DNA from: a virus
Length of the DNA: 64,000 nt
Virus record (IMG/VR): IMGVR_UViG_3300033405_000004
Location: 64,001-128,000 of that record
Reading direction: 5' to 3' (one strand)
Within the stretch, counting starts at the first letter, position 1. The number at the start of each line of letters is the position of its first letter. Shown here piece after piece: positions 9,373 through 18,696 of this stretch. The notes under the pieces were generated by a model that saw only the letters and a program-made list of their open reading frames with translations, made no database searches and was not told the DNA's origin. The position numbers and the translations under genes were made by a program.

Positions 9373-9388
9373 TCCCGTTCTTATACGC

Positions 9389-9925
9389 ATGGGCGAGACG
9401 CCTCATTTCAGCAAGCTGCCGCCCTCCTCGTTCGAACTGGTGGGCGGCGACCCCGCCACGCTACGCCCCTCGCCGCAGGTCCCCGACGGGCAGGTCCCCC
9501 ACCGCGACGGGCAGGCGATCACCGAGGTGCCCGACCAGGCCGCCGTCATCCGGGCGGCCTGCCAGCTCTTCCTCGACCGGGGCTGGACGGACCTGGCCTC
9601 CGGCCGCAACAGCTTCACCGTCGAGAAGGGCGAGCAGGTGTTCAGCTGCTTCCTCTACCCGTCCGACAAGGTCATCGCCATGCGCGGCCTTTCGGGCGTC
9701 GAGGTTCAGCGGCTGTCCGACGCCATCAAGGAGCCGTTCTGCCTGGTCCTCACCATGGAGAAGGACCACCGCACCGGGAATCCCGTCTACGTGGGGGTGC
9801 GCGACCTGTCCAAGGTGCCGGAGCTGGTCGGCGACAAGGTGCTCGCGCTGCGGCCCGACCCGCCGTTTGGCACGCATGTGCGCGAGGCTGTCGCCATCGT
9901 CAAGGACTGGGTCAGGAACCCGTGA
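9389..9925 (+). CDS. hypothetical protein
   Basis: ORF preceded by GTTCTTA motif. Confidence 0.7.
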   Translation: MGETPHFSKLPPSSFELVGGDPATLRPSPQVPDGQVPHRDGQAITEVPDQAAVIRAACQLFLDRGWTDLASGRNSFTVEKGEQVFSCFLYPSDKVIAMRGLSGVEVQRLSDAIKEPFCLVLTMEKDHRTGNPVYVGVRDLSKVPELVGDKVLALRPDPPFGTHVREAVAIVKDWVRNP

Positions 9926-9997
9926 GGGACGGCCTGTACCAGGTGACCACGCCGTACCTCTGCGCCGGCTTCGTCGCGGATCAGCCACTGGGCCGCG

Positions 9998-10975
9998 CTA
10001 GGCCGTCGTCTTGATGAACTCGAAGGCCTTGATGGCGCCCCGCAGGGTGGGCTTGGCCGTGCCGGCTCGGTGGGTGTTGCAGACGTACCAGGGCTTCCCC
10101 CGCACGATTGACTTCCAGACGCCGGGGCTGGGCTTCTGCTCGCCGTCCTTCCAGGCGTGGTGCCAGACCGCCCCGGCCTTCATCACCTCGTCCCGCTCCT
10201 CGTCCGTGAGCTTCACCTTCCCGGCCTTGAGCGTCTCCATCCGGGGGCACTCCAGCAGGAGCAGGTCGACCAGCAGCCCGGCCAGCTCGCGGGAGTCGCC
10301 GAGCCTGGCCCCGTAGTGGGCGGGCTGGGCCGCGACGTCCATCTGGCGCAGCTGAGCGCTCGGCCCGGTCGGCGGCTCGGTCCGCTCGCCGCTCTCGCCC
10401 GTCTCGATCTGGCGCAGGGTGAGGTAGAGGCTCTTCCCGTCCAGCGTGTGGATGGTCAGCTCGTGGTCGTAGGGGTGCTCCTCGCCCGCGTCGCCTTCGT
10501 CGCCGTCGTAGAAGCCGTTGTCCTCCAGGATGGAGTGCACGCCGCTGACGAGGTCGGCCTTGGTCGACTCGTCCCACGTGGCCAGCCCGAACCAGTCGTC
10601 CTTGCACCAGATCCAGCCCCAGTGCTGCATGGCGTATTCGCGGGGGTCGGCGCCCGAAAGGAATAGAGCGCAGGCGATCAAGTCCGCGTACTCCGCCGGG
10701 TCCTTCCCGTTGGCCTGGAGCAGCACCTTCGCGGCCTCCTCCGCGTCGTCCGGCGCCATTTCGGGGTCCAGGACCTCCCCGGCGGCCGCCTCGACGAGAT
10801 CCTTGCCCAGCTGCTCCCAGTCGCCGCCCTCGTAGTCGACGTTGCAGAGGTCGGCCAGCTCGGAGGCGGCGCGCTCGGCCGCCACGCCCTCGTGGTTGAA
10901 GTTGCCCACGTCGCCGTCGGCGAAGGTGACCTCGCCGTCCTCGATCCAGTACTCGCCGCGGAAGTAGTCGGGCAT
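9998..10975 (-). CDS. two-domain hypothetical protein (acidic domain plus small basic domain)
   Basis: TAATTAA upstream; domains joined by DSRELAGLLVDLLLLE linker. Confidence 0.75.
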   Translation of the reverse strand: MPDYFRGEYWIEDGEVTFADGDVGNFNHEGVAAERAASELADLCNVDYEGGDWEQLGKDLVEAAAGEVLDPEMAPDDAEEAAKVLLQANGKDPAEYADLIACALFLSGADPREYAMQHWGWIWCKDDWFGLATWDESTKADLVSGVHSILEDNGFYDGDEGDAGEEHPYDHELTIHTLDGKSLYLTLRQIETGESGERTEPPTGPSAQLRQMDVAAQPAHYGARLGDSRELAGLLVDLLLLECPRMETLKAGKVKLTDEERDEVMKAGAVWHHAWKDGEQKPSPGVWKSIVRGKPWYVCNTHRAGTAKPTLRGAIKAFEFIKTTA

Positions 10976-11009
10976 GCTGGTTTAATTACGCGTGGTGGTT
11001 ACTTAGGGT

Positions 11010-13316
11010 GTGGCTGACACGTTCCAATACCTGAAGGTCGACTTCGCCTCCCAGCAGCAGGCCCTCATCCAGCGGAGCAGGGCCCGGTACCCCGGCGTGT
11101 GGAACGACTACGTGGCCGGGAGCTTCGGAACCGTGCTCATCGACCTGATGTCCTGGTCCGCCGCGACCCTGGCCTACACCGCCAACCGGCTCGCCGCCGA
11201 GAACTACCTCCCGACCATGCAGCTGCGGGAGTCCGCCGTCCGGCTGGGCACCCTGGTGGGCTATCAGCTCCGCGGGCCCGCCCCCGCCACCGTCCCGTGC
11301 GACGCCACCCTCTCCGCCCCGGCCCCGGCCGACGTGCTGCTGAGCAAGGGCACCGCCGTGCGCACGGGCGACGCCTCGTCCCTGCCGTTCGAGCTGGACA
11401 CGGACTACACCATCCTCGCCGGCGACACCTCGCCGCTCTCCACGGTCGTCACCTTCGACCCGTCGCTCGGCGGCTCCCGGGTCATCCAGGCGCTCGTCAA
11501 CCTGGTCAACGGCCAGCCGTACGCCGACTGCCTGGACAGCACCGTCGACCTGACGCAGTACGTCGAGGCGGGCCAGCAGTTCCAGGCCGGCGCCCTCGGC
11601 GGCCCGGAGTACCCCGTCGTCTCCGTCGAGTCCGCCCCCGGCGCGATCAGCTACAACCGCATGGTCCTCGCCACGCCGTGGGCCGGGGCCACCGGCGCCA
11701 CCACCGCGGAGGTCGTGGACCGGCGCGTCTTCTTCATCCAGGGCACCACCCAGACCGAGCAGATCGTCACGGCGGACGTGGTCGTCCCCGGCTACACCTA
11801 CCAGCTCACCTACGCGCCGATCATCGACGGCTCGCTCGGCGTGACCGTCAACGGCGTCGCCTGGGCGCAGGTGGGCAACCTCATCGAGAGCGCGGCCGAG
11901 AACCTCGCCTTCCAGGTGCGCACCCTCGCCACCGGCAACACCGTGGTCACCTTCGGCGACGACACCTTCGGCGCCGCCCTCCCGACCGAGGCCACCGTGG
12001 TCTTCACCTACCGCACGGGCGGCGGGAGCGTCGGCAACGTGACGATCGGGGCCATCAGCGCCTCCATCGTCGGCCTCGTCACCAGCCTCTCCAACCCGGT
12101 CAACGTCACCGTCGTCAACAACCAGCCCGGCTCCGGCGGGGCCGACGCCGAGACCCTGGGCGAGGCCCAGGCCAAGATGCCCGCCTTCGTCCAGTCCAAC
12201 AACCGGGCCGTCACCTTCGGCGACTACCAGGCGCTCGCCACCAGCTTCAACAGCCCGCTCGGCCAGGTCCAGTACGCCCGGCCGAGCGTGCGCAGCGGCA
12301 ACGCCCTCCTGGAGGGCAACGTCGTCGTCATCTACGCCTGGACGACCGGCGCGTCCGGCGGCCTCGTGCCGCTCTCCGCCGCCCTCAAGGCCTCCCTCCA
12401 GGACTACCTCCAGGGCGTGGCCGTCGGCACCGACTACATCCTGATCGCCGACGGCACCGCGGTGCCCCTTCCCTGGGCCGTCCGGTTCATGACCTCGGCC
12501 GGCTATTCGGCCGCCGATGTCGAGACCGCCGTAAGCGACCAGATGACGGCCTACGTCAACGCCCTCGTGCCGGGCGCCCCCGTTGTGTTCAGCGCCATGC
12601 TCTCCCAGCTCTTGGCCGTGCCCGGCGTCCAGAGCATGGTCGTGGCGACCCCGAACGGCGACCTCGTGCCGCCGAGCGACGACAGCCTCTTCATCCCGCC
12701 GAGCGCCGAAGCCACCTATGCCGTCGACCTGGTCTCCGCCGGAGTCAGCACCTCCGGCTCGAACGTCTACACCGCCCAGTCGCCGGCCGTGCCGCTCCAG
12801 GCCTGGTGCTTCAACGCCACCCTCGGCGGCCAGGCGCTCGCCGTCGTCCCCGACGTCCAGCCGGGCTTCGCCGACCTCTCCGGCGTCAACCTGGACTCGA
12901 CGGTCACCTCCACCGTCAACTTGCTCACCGGCCAGTTCACCCTTTACGTCCTCGGGCCTCCGGGCGACTTCGTGGTGACCCTCATCCCCGCCAGCGGCTA
13001 CGAGCTCGTGCGCACCGTCGACGTCTACGCCGGCTACACCGGCGACCAGTCGCTCACCACCCGCCAGGCCATGCGCTCCGCCCTGCGGGCCTGGGCCGGC
13101 GGCCTCTCGGTAGGCTCCTCGCTCTTCGCCCAGCAGATTTCCGGCGTGCAGGCTTCGGCCACGAACGTCCAGGCCGTCCTGGCGGCGGTCAACGGGGTAA
13201 CCTCGATCACCCGTGTCTCGCTCGACTCGGCCGCCAACCCGGCCCAGCGCATCGACGTCGGCGAGTACGAGCTCGTCGCTCTGGGGAACATTTACCTCAA
13301 CAATCAGATTTCGTAG
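11010..13316 (+). CDS. baseplate wedge protein (baseplate J / T4 gp6-like)
   Basis: WND....FG..LID, FGD..FG..P, YRTGGG..GNV, GG.D.ET and RAVT..DY motifs. Confidence 0.9.
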   Translation: MADTFQYLKVDFASQQQALIQRSRARYPGVWNDYVAGSFGTVLIDLMSWSAATLAYTANRLAAENYLPTMQLRESAVRLGTLVGYQLRGPAPATVPCDATLSAPAPADVLLSKGTAVRTGDASSLPFELDTDYTILAGDTSPLSTVVTFDPSLGGSRVIQALVNLVNGQPYADCLDSTVDLTQYVEAGQQFQAGALGGPEYPVVSVESAPGAISYNRMVLATPWAGATGATTAEVVDRRVFFIQGTTQTEQIVTADVVVPGYTYQLTYAPIIDGSLGVTVNGVAWAQVGNLIESAAENLAFQVRTLATGNTVVTFGDDTFGAALPTEATVVFTYRTGGGSVGNVTIGAISASIVGLVTSLSNPVNVTVVNNQPGSGGADAETLGEAQAKMPAFVQSNNRAVTFGDYQALATSFNSPLGQVQYARPSVRSGNALLEGNVVVIYAWTTGASGGLVPLSAALKASLQDYLQGVAVGTDYILIADGTAVPLPWAVRFMTSAGYSAADVETAVSDQMTAYVNALVPGAPVVFSAMLSQLLAVPGVQSMVVATPNGDLVPPSDDSLFIPPSAEATYAVDLVSAGVSTSGSNVYTAQSPAVPLQAWCFNATLGGQALAVVPDVQPGFADLSGVNLDSTVTSTVNLLTGQFTLYVLGPPGDFVVTLIPASGYELVRTVDVYAGYTGDQSLTTRQAMRSALRAWAGGLSVGSSLFAQQISGVQASATNVQAVLAAVNGVTSITRVSLDSAANPAQRIDVGEYELVALGNIYLNNQIS

Positions 13317-13321
13317 TTCTA

Positions 13322-13714
13322 ATGCAGAGATCCGAAAAGGAGCTGTACAGCCCGACCTGGGCGGCCGACGCCGCCGCCGCCACCCCCGCCATCGTCACCC
13401 CCGCCGCCGACGGGCTCTCCGCCCTGATCGTGGCGCCGCTCGCCGTCGACCCGGACCCCGCGAAGAACGTCACGACCGTCAAAGTCTCGGCCTTCGTCGA
13501 CGCCGCCCTGACCCAGCCCCTTTCGGACACGGTCGTCGTCACGGTGACCCAGGCCCCCGCCGCCGCCCTCGGACTGGCTGCGGGCGCCCCGGTGGACAAG
13601 AACCCGCCAGCGGCCCCCGCCGCTGAGGTGGATGTGACGGCCTCCGCCCCGGCCGCCGGGGCGGATGCGACGACCGAAGCCCCCACCCCTCCGGCCCCGG
13701 CCCCCACCGCCTGA
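13322..13714 (+). CDS. Ig-like, Ala/Pro-rich small protein
   Basis: PAADGLSA motif and alternating V/T beta pattern; fills the gap after the baseplate gene. Confidence 0.55.
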   Translation: MQRSEKELYSPTWAADAAAATPAIVTPAADGLSALIVAPLAVDPDPAKNVTTVKVSAFVDAALTQPLSDTVVVTVTQAPAAALGLAAGAPVDKNPPAAPAAEVDVTASAPAAGADATTEAPTPPAPAPTA

Positions 13715-13730
13715 GTCCCGTACTTAGGCT

Positions 13731-14153
13731 GTGAAAGCCGCGCAGATCTTAGAGGCGCTCGTCGAGGACGCCCCCGCCCTCGACGAGTTCACCCGCGCCT
13801 ACATCGAGTGCGCCCTGTGGTCGTCGAACGACGAGTCCACGCCCCAGGGCGGCGAGCCGATGGACGCGAACTACTCCATCGACGACATCGCCCCGGAGGC
13901 GCTCGCGGGGATGGCCGAGGACTGCCGCAAGTTCCAGGAGCAGTTCGGCGTCCCGGCCTACAACCGCGGGGACTACACCGACGAGGAGATGGCGGGCCAC
14001 GACTTCTGGCTCACCAGGAACGGCCACGGCGCCGGCTTCTGGGACCGCAGCGAGCTGGACGAGGCGACGCGGAAGAAGTACACGGACGCCGCCCACGGCT
14101 TCGGCGAGTGCAACCTCTACGTCGGCGACGACGGCAAGATCTACTGCTCCTGA
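13731..14153 (+). CDS. conserved phage protein (DFWLTRNGHGAGFWDR family)
   Basis: Recognisable motif; TACTTAG-N3-GTG upstream; N-terminal AAQILEALVE tag. Confidence 0.8.
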   Translation: MKAAQILEALVEDAPALDEFTRAYIECALWSSNDESTPQGGEPMDANYSIDDIAPEALAGMAEDCRKFQEQFGVPAYNRGDYTDEEMAGHDFWLTRNGHGAGFWDRSELDEATRKKYTDAAHGFGECNLYVGDDGKIYCS

Positions 14154-14329
14154 GGCGCCGGCGGCACGGAGAAGCCCGCCTTCTCCAACGTCTCCCGGCT
14201 GACCGTGCTGTGCTTGCAGTGGCCGGGGATGTCCTCCGTGAGGTTGTACAGGTCGATTGGCGGCCCGATCCGCTGCGTGCCGATGAAGATCGCGGGCGCG
14301 GGGGGCTTGGAGGCTTGCGTTTCTTCCAT
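14141..14329 (-). CDS. small hypothetical protein
   Basis: LYNLT.DIPGH...STVS..TL pattern; last gene of a leftward cluster. Confidence 0.55.
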   Translation of the reverse strand: MEETQASKPPAPAIFIGTQRIGPPIDLYNLTEDIPGHCKHSTVSRETLEKAGFSVPPAPQEQ

Positions 14330-14334
14330 TTGAT

Positions 14335-14589
14335 TTAATTTCTGTCGCGGGTGCTTCGCGGGGCGTCGGTCTTCAGCGCACGCTCGTATTCCCTGCACTC
14401 ACGGCAGATCCGTTCGGCCTCGCTGGCGACGACGTCGGACGGATCGAGTTCGCCGAGGTAGCCGGCGATGACGTGGGCGGCGGCGTGGAAGGCGTTCATC
14501 CCGGCTTGGTCGCCGGTGGTGCTGAGGTACACCTTCCACGCTATGTCGACGATGTCGGCGCCGGGTTCGAGCGGGCCGTGCTTGCTCAT
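14335..14589 (-). CDS. hypothetical protein
   Basis: MSKHGPLE... start overlaps the upstream stop (ATGA). Confidence 0.55.
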   Translation of the reverse strand: MSKHGPLEPGADIVDIAWKVYLSTTGDQAGMNAFHAAAHVIAGYLGELDPSDVVASEAERICRECREYERALKTDAPRSTRDRN

Positions 14590-15167
14590 GATCCCTCCCC
14601 CAGCCCGAAATGCTTGTCGACGTCGATCTCCAGCCACGCCTGTGGGATGCGCTCGGCGAACCAGGGGCTCTTGGCCGGGTTCTGGAGCTCGGCGATGACG
14701 ATCCAGTAGAGCGACAGGACGAAGGCGGTCGAGGAAACGGCGGCCAGCCCGGCCCGCCAGCTTGAGTACTCCAGCCCGCCGATCATCGCTAGCAGCGGCA
14801 GCGACAGGGCCGCTATGAGGAGGTGCACCGTGATGGGCACCCGCTCGTCGCGGTAGCAGAGGAAGGTGTCCCGGTCCTTCTTCAGCACGCAGACCACGAC
14901 CTTCTGGTACTTCTCCCACACGGTGCCGAAGACGAGCGTCACGGTGATGCCATAGGCCACGGCCAGCGTGGTGACGACGGCGCCGATCAGCGGCGCCTCG
15001 TCCGCCTTCGAGAAGTGGAGCCCGGCCGCGTTGGCCAGGCACCAAAGGCCGGAGGCGAGCGCCGACAGGTAGAGCGGCTCGCACAGGAGCAGCGTGTGGG
15101 CCACGAAGGAGCGCCGCCTGCGGGCCGGGTCGGAGCGTTTGGACAGTCGCTTCAAGCATACCTCCAT
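14586..15167 (-). CDS. membrane protein (DUF4239/bestrophin-like)
   Basis: About four TM segments followed by ELQNP. Confidence 0.6.
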   Translation of the reverse strand: MEVCLKRLSKRSDPARRRRSFVAHTLLLCEPLYLSALASGLWCLANAAGLHFSKADEAPLIGAVVTTLAVAYGITVTLVFGTVWEKYQKVVVCVLKKDRDTFLCYRDERVPITVHLLIAALSLPLLAMIGGLEYSSWRAGLAAVSSTAFVLSLYWIVIAELQNPAKSPWFAERIPQAWLEIDVDKHFGLGEGS

Positions 15168-15379
15168 CCGTATCGGACAAAGTTTTCGCTGACGTGCCAT
15201 GCGCCGAACTGCGAGCACCAGGCTTCCAGGAGGTGCTGCTTCTCGTCGGCGGGCGTGCCGCGCGGCAGGATTACGGTCTCCCGCCTGTTCGTGCCCCGGC
15301 TGGAGCGAATCCAGAAGACTACTTTGATCTGCGGCGCCGTCCTGGGCAGCGCCTGTTCTTTGAAGCCTAGTACTTTCAT
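15152..15379 (-). CDS. hypothetical protein
   Basis: MKVLGFKE... coupled to neighbouring ORFs. Confidence 0.5.
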   Translation of the reverse strand: MKVLGFKEQALPRTAPQIKVVFWIRSSRGTNRRETVILPRGTPADEKQHLLEAWCSQFGAWHVSENFVRYGWRYA

Positions 15380-15681
15380 ACTTCGGGGAGGTCGGGTGGG
15401 ATGATGTCGCCGAAGAGCCGCTGCGGCACGAGGAGCAATGTGAGTTCGCCCTTCCCGCAGCGGGGGCACTCGCCGTACGAGAACGCGTCGCCGACGAAGT
15501 CCGCCTCGGCGTCCAGGGGGCGGGCGCCCATGTACTCGACGTTGCCCGGCGGCATGGCGGCGACCTCCGCCCGGCTGGCGACGTAGCCGCAGCGGTCGCA
15601 CTGCGGCCTGCCGTGGGCGCCGGGCATCCTGGTCCAGTGGATTTTCGCGGTTGGGTTGGGGAAGAGCACGGCGGGACTCAA
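15376..15681 (-). CDS. zinc-ribbon protein
   Basis: CDRC and CPRC pairs. Confidence 0.55.
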   Translation of the reverse strand: MSPAVLFPNPTAKIHWTRMPGAHGRPQCDRCGYVASRAEVAAMPPGNVEYMGARPLDAEADFVGDAFSYGECPRCGKGELTLLLVPQRLFGDIIPPDLPEV

Positions 15682-15694
15682 GCACGAAACTGGA

Positions 15695-15808
15695 TTGTTG
15701 TAAACAAAATAAAGTTTACGACGTTTTGCGGACGGTCAGTCCGGGCCGTTTTTGCCAAAAAGTCTATGACATTTTGTTGTTTACAAGCGGCCCGGTTCCG
15801 TCCAGATT
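15695..15808. promoter_or_regulatory. divergent early-promoter region with two operator copies
   Basis: TTTACA on both strands; operators at 15709-15727 and 15757-15775; TTTACA-N17-CAGATT toward the ATPase. Confidence 0.6.
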
Positions 15809-15816
15809 CCCCGTCG

Positions 15817-17349
15817 ATGAAAAGCCCATCCACTCCACCCGCCCCCAAGAAGCTCCACCCGCTGGACGCCGCGAGGCGCGCCGGCGTCCCCCTGCTGGCC
15901 TACGAGACCAGCGACCCCCAGGCCACCATCGAGGGCTGCACGCGGGCCCTCAACTCCAAGCTCGACGAGACCCCGGTCCTCCGCTGGGACTACGTCCGGG
16001 GGCTGGTCGGCCTCAACGACCTCGGCATCCAGGTGGCCAAGAAGCTCGCGCCGCAGAGCCCGATGCAGGCCGCCGAGCCGCGCGCCTGCCTCCAGGCCCT
16101 CGCCGCCTGCGCCGAGCCGAAGGTGCTCTGCTTCTGGCTCAACGCCCACCGCTACATCAGGGACGTGGCCGTGGCGCAGGGCCTCTGGAACCTGCGCGAC
16201 GCGTGGAAGGTCCACGGCTCCACCCTCGTCCTTTTGTGCCCCGCCATGCAGCTGCCCGACGAGCTGTCCCACGACATCGTCGTCGTGACCGAGCCGCTCC
16301 CCACCCCGGAGGAGATCGGCGTGATCGCCGACCGCATCGCCGAGGCCGCGAACATCAAGCTGCCCGACGAGGACAGGCCGAAGATCATCGACACCCTTTT
16401 GGGCATCTCCGCCTTCGCCGCCGAGCAGTCCCTCGCCATGAGCATCGTCAAGAAGGACGGCAAGTGGGGCGTCGACCGCGACGCCCTGTGGGAGAGGAAG
16501 AGGAAGATGGTCGAGCAGACCCCCGGCCTCTCCGTGTGGCGCGAGACCACCACCTTCGACGACCTCGGCGGGCTGGAGAACATCAAGGGCTTCATGACCC
16601 GGATACTCAAGAGCGGCAAGAACCCCGTCAGGGCGGTCGGTTTCGTCGACGAGATCGAGAAAATGTTCGCCGGAGCGGCGGGCGACCTGTCCGGCGTCTC
16701 CCAGGACCAGCTTCGCGTGTTCCTCACCGAGATGCAGGATCACAACATCCCCGGCATCATACTGATTGGGCCCGCAGGCACGGGCAAGAGCCACATCGCC
16801 AAGGCCGCCGGGGCCGTCGCCGACGCCGAGGTCCTCAACATCGACACCGGGGCCATGACCGGCTCCCTCGTCGGCGAGTCGCAGGCCAAGATCAGGAAGG
16901 CCTTCCAGACCCTCCACGCCGTCAGCCAAGGCAAGTCCCTCGTGGTGGCCACCTGCAACAAGATCGCGGCGCTGCCGCCCGAGTTGCGCCGCCGCTTCAC
17001 CCTCGGAACCTTCTTCGTCGACCTCCCGTCGGACAGCGAGCGCAAGGCCATCTGGAAAATCTGGCTCAAGAAGTACGGCTTCGCCGAGGACTCGAAGCTC
17101 CCCGCCGACGAGGGCTGGACGGGCGCCGAGATCAAGGCGTGCTGCGACGTGGCCTACCGCACCAGCATGGACCTCGCCGAGGCCTCCACCTTCGTCGTCC
17201 CCGTCTGCCAGTCCGCCGCCGACCAAATCGAGGCCCTGCGCAAGCAGGCCAACGACCGTTTCATCTCCGCCAGCAAGCCGGGCATGTACCGCTACGTCGA
17301 GCGCGCCGCCCCCGCTCTCCCCACCCACCGCAAGATCGACCTGAACTGA
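15817..17349 (+). CDS. Ycf46-like AAA+ ATPase
   Basis: Degenerate N-terminal AAA domain, DLGGLENIK, DEIEKMFAG, Walker A GPAGTGKS, LPPELRRRF and GWTGAEI. Confidence 0.9.
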   Translation: MKSPSTPPAPKKLHPLDAARRAGVPLLAYETSDPQATIEGCTRALNSKLDETPVLRWDYVRGLVGLNDLGIQVAKKLAPQSPMQAAEPRACLQALAACAEPKVLCFWLNAHRYIRDVAVAQGLWNLRDAWKVHGSTLVLLCPAMQLPDELSHDIVVVTEPLPTPEEIGVIADRIAEAANIKLPDEDRPKIIDTLLGISAFAAEQSLAMSIVKKDGKWGVDRDALWERKRKMVEQTPGLSVWRETTTFDDLGGLENIKGFMTRILKSGKNPVRAVGFVDEIEKMFAGAAGDLSGVSQDQLRVFLTEMQDHNIPGIILIGPAGTGKSHIAKAAGAVADAEVLNIDTGAMTGSLVGESQAKIRKAFQTLHAVSQGKSLVVATCNKIAALPPELRRRFTLGTFFVDLPSDSERKAIWKIWLKKYGFAEDSKLPADEGWTGAEIKACCDVAYRTSMDLAEASTFVVPVCQSAADQIEALRKQANDRFISASKPGMYRYVERAAPALPTHRKIDLN

Positions 17350-17368
17350 AACCCGAACCTTCCCAACC

Positions 17369-17779
17369 ATGAGTCACATAGAAACAAGCTCCGTCGTAAT
17401 CAAGAACCTCGACGCCCTCAAGCGGGCGTGCGAGAAGCTCGGCCTGGCCTTCAAGGAGGGCCAGGACCACTACCGCTGGTGGGGCACCCGCCACGGCGAG
17501 TCGGCCTACGGGGGCCACTGCGACCACGCCATCCGCGTCCCCGGCGCCGACTACGAAATCGGCGTGACCAAGGCCGCGGAGGACACCTGGGTGCTCGCTC
17601 ATGACCCCTACTACCAAGGCGGGCTGCAGGTCCTCAGCGACCCCGGCTCGACCGGGCTGGAGAAGCTGTACGACGCCTACTCCGCCGAAGTTCTCAAGGC
17701 CGAGGCGTGGTCGAAGGGCTACCGGGTGGAGGAGAGCTTCACCGAGAGTGGCGAGATCAAGCTGGAGGTCTTCACCTGA
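17369..17779 (+). CDS. DUF1257 (Ycf35-like) protein
   Basis: MSH.....I.NLDALKRACEKLG...YEIGV...Y......A...GY pattern; follows the AAA ATPase. Confidence 0.8.
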   Translation: MSHIETSSVVIKNLDALKRACEKLGLAFKEGQDHYRWWGTRHGESAYGGHCDHAIRVPGADYEIGVTKAAEDTWVLAHDPYYQGGLQVLSDPGSTGLEKLYDAYSAEVLKAEAWSKGYRVEESFTESGEIKLEVFT

Positions 17780-17844
17780 TTGTAAAACGTCATAAACATT
17801 TTGTTGACTCACCACCCCTCAACGTCCATAACCATCATATCGCA

Positions 17845-18045
17845 ATGGAACAGAAAATCACCTTCATCATAGCCCACGGCAAGGTCAAGATCGAGGCCCA
17901 CGGCTTCATCGGCCCCGCCTGCGAGGCGGCGACCAAGGCCTTCGAGGCCGCCCTCGGCGGCGAGGTCAGCGACAAGACCAAGAAGCCGGAGTACCACCAG
18001 TTCACCAGCGAGTCCCAAGGCGAGAGCGCCAAGCAGGGGTTCTGA
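17845..18045 (+). CDS. DUF2997 protein
   Basis: G.VKIEA.GF.G.AC..AT..FE.ALG...KPEY. Confidence 0.85.
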   Translation: MEQKITFIIAHGKVKIEAHGFIGPACEAATKAFEAALGGEVSDKTKKPEYHQFTSESQGESAKQGF

Positions 18046-18046
18046 A

Positions 18047-18310
18047 ATGCGCGCCGTGTTCATCATCGGGGGAAGGAAGGTCACGGCTCTGGCCGGTGGC
18101 CCCCTGTCCCTCGCGGGCCTCGGCCCCCGCACCACTCGCCGGGTCAGCCGTGTTGAGTTCAATGGCGTGACCAGCCTGTGGGAGGTCCTCGACCCCGTCG
18201 ACCGCGCCCTGCCCGCCCTCTTCACGCACGCCGACTACGACATCTGCCTCCGCTGGGAGGCCGACCACTTCAACGCCGTCCTCGCCAGCAACCCCGCCGC
18301 ACTTCGATGA
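18047..18310 (+). CDS. hypothetical protein
   Basis: RRVSRVEF...W.V pattern; coupled to neighbours. Confidence 0.65.
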   Translation: MRAVFIIGGRKVTALAGGPLSLAGLGPRTTRRVSRVEFNGVTSLWEVLDPVDRALPALFTHADYDICLRWEADHFNAVLASNPAALR

Positions 18311-18675
18311 GCCTCGACAAACCCATCCTCACGCGCATCCCCTTCCGCTCGCAGAGCAAGCCGGAGAACAGCTACGAGACGATAGTCTACACCGACCTCA
18401 GCACCAGTTGTAACTGCCGGGGCTGGTGCATCGCCAAGAACGGCATCCGCGAGTGCCGCCACACCATTCAAGTCGAGGAGAGCATCAGGAGCGGCCTGCT
18501 CCAGCTGGACCCGCAAAAGATCGCGTGGTCGGAGGTCAGCCGGAAGATGCAGGAGGCGAAGAACGTCCTGACTGGCGGCGTCGCCCCGTCCATCCCCAAC
18601 GCCGTCCCCGCCAGAAAGTCTAGGAAGCCCTCCGGCCCCGCCCCCATCCGTAAGTTCGACCTGACCGAGGGCTGA
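18307..18675 (+). CDS. SWIM-type zinc-finger protein
   Basis: SCNC.GW......CRH; ends PIRKFDLTEG. Confidence 0.75.
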   Translation: MSLDKPILTRIPFRSQSKPENSYETIVYTDLSTSCNCRGWCIAKNGIRECRHTIQVEESIRSGLLQLDPQKIAWSEVSRKMQEAKNVLTGGVAPSIPNAVPARKSRKPSGPAPIRKFDLTEG

Positions 18676-18696
18676 ACCTTTCCATCCAATCCATCC

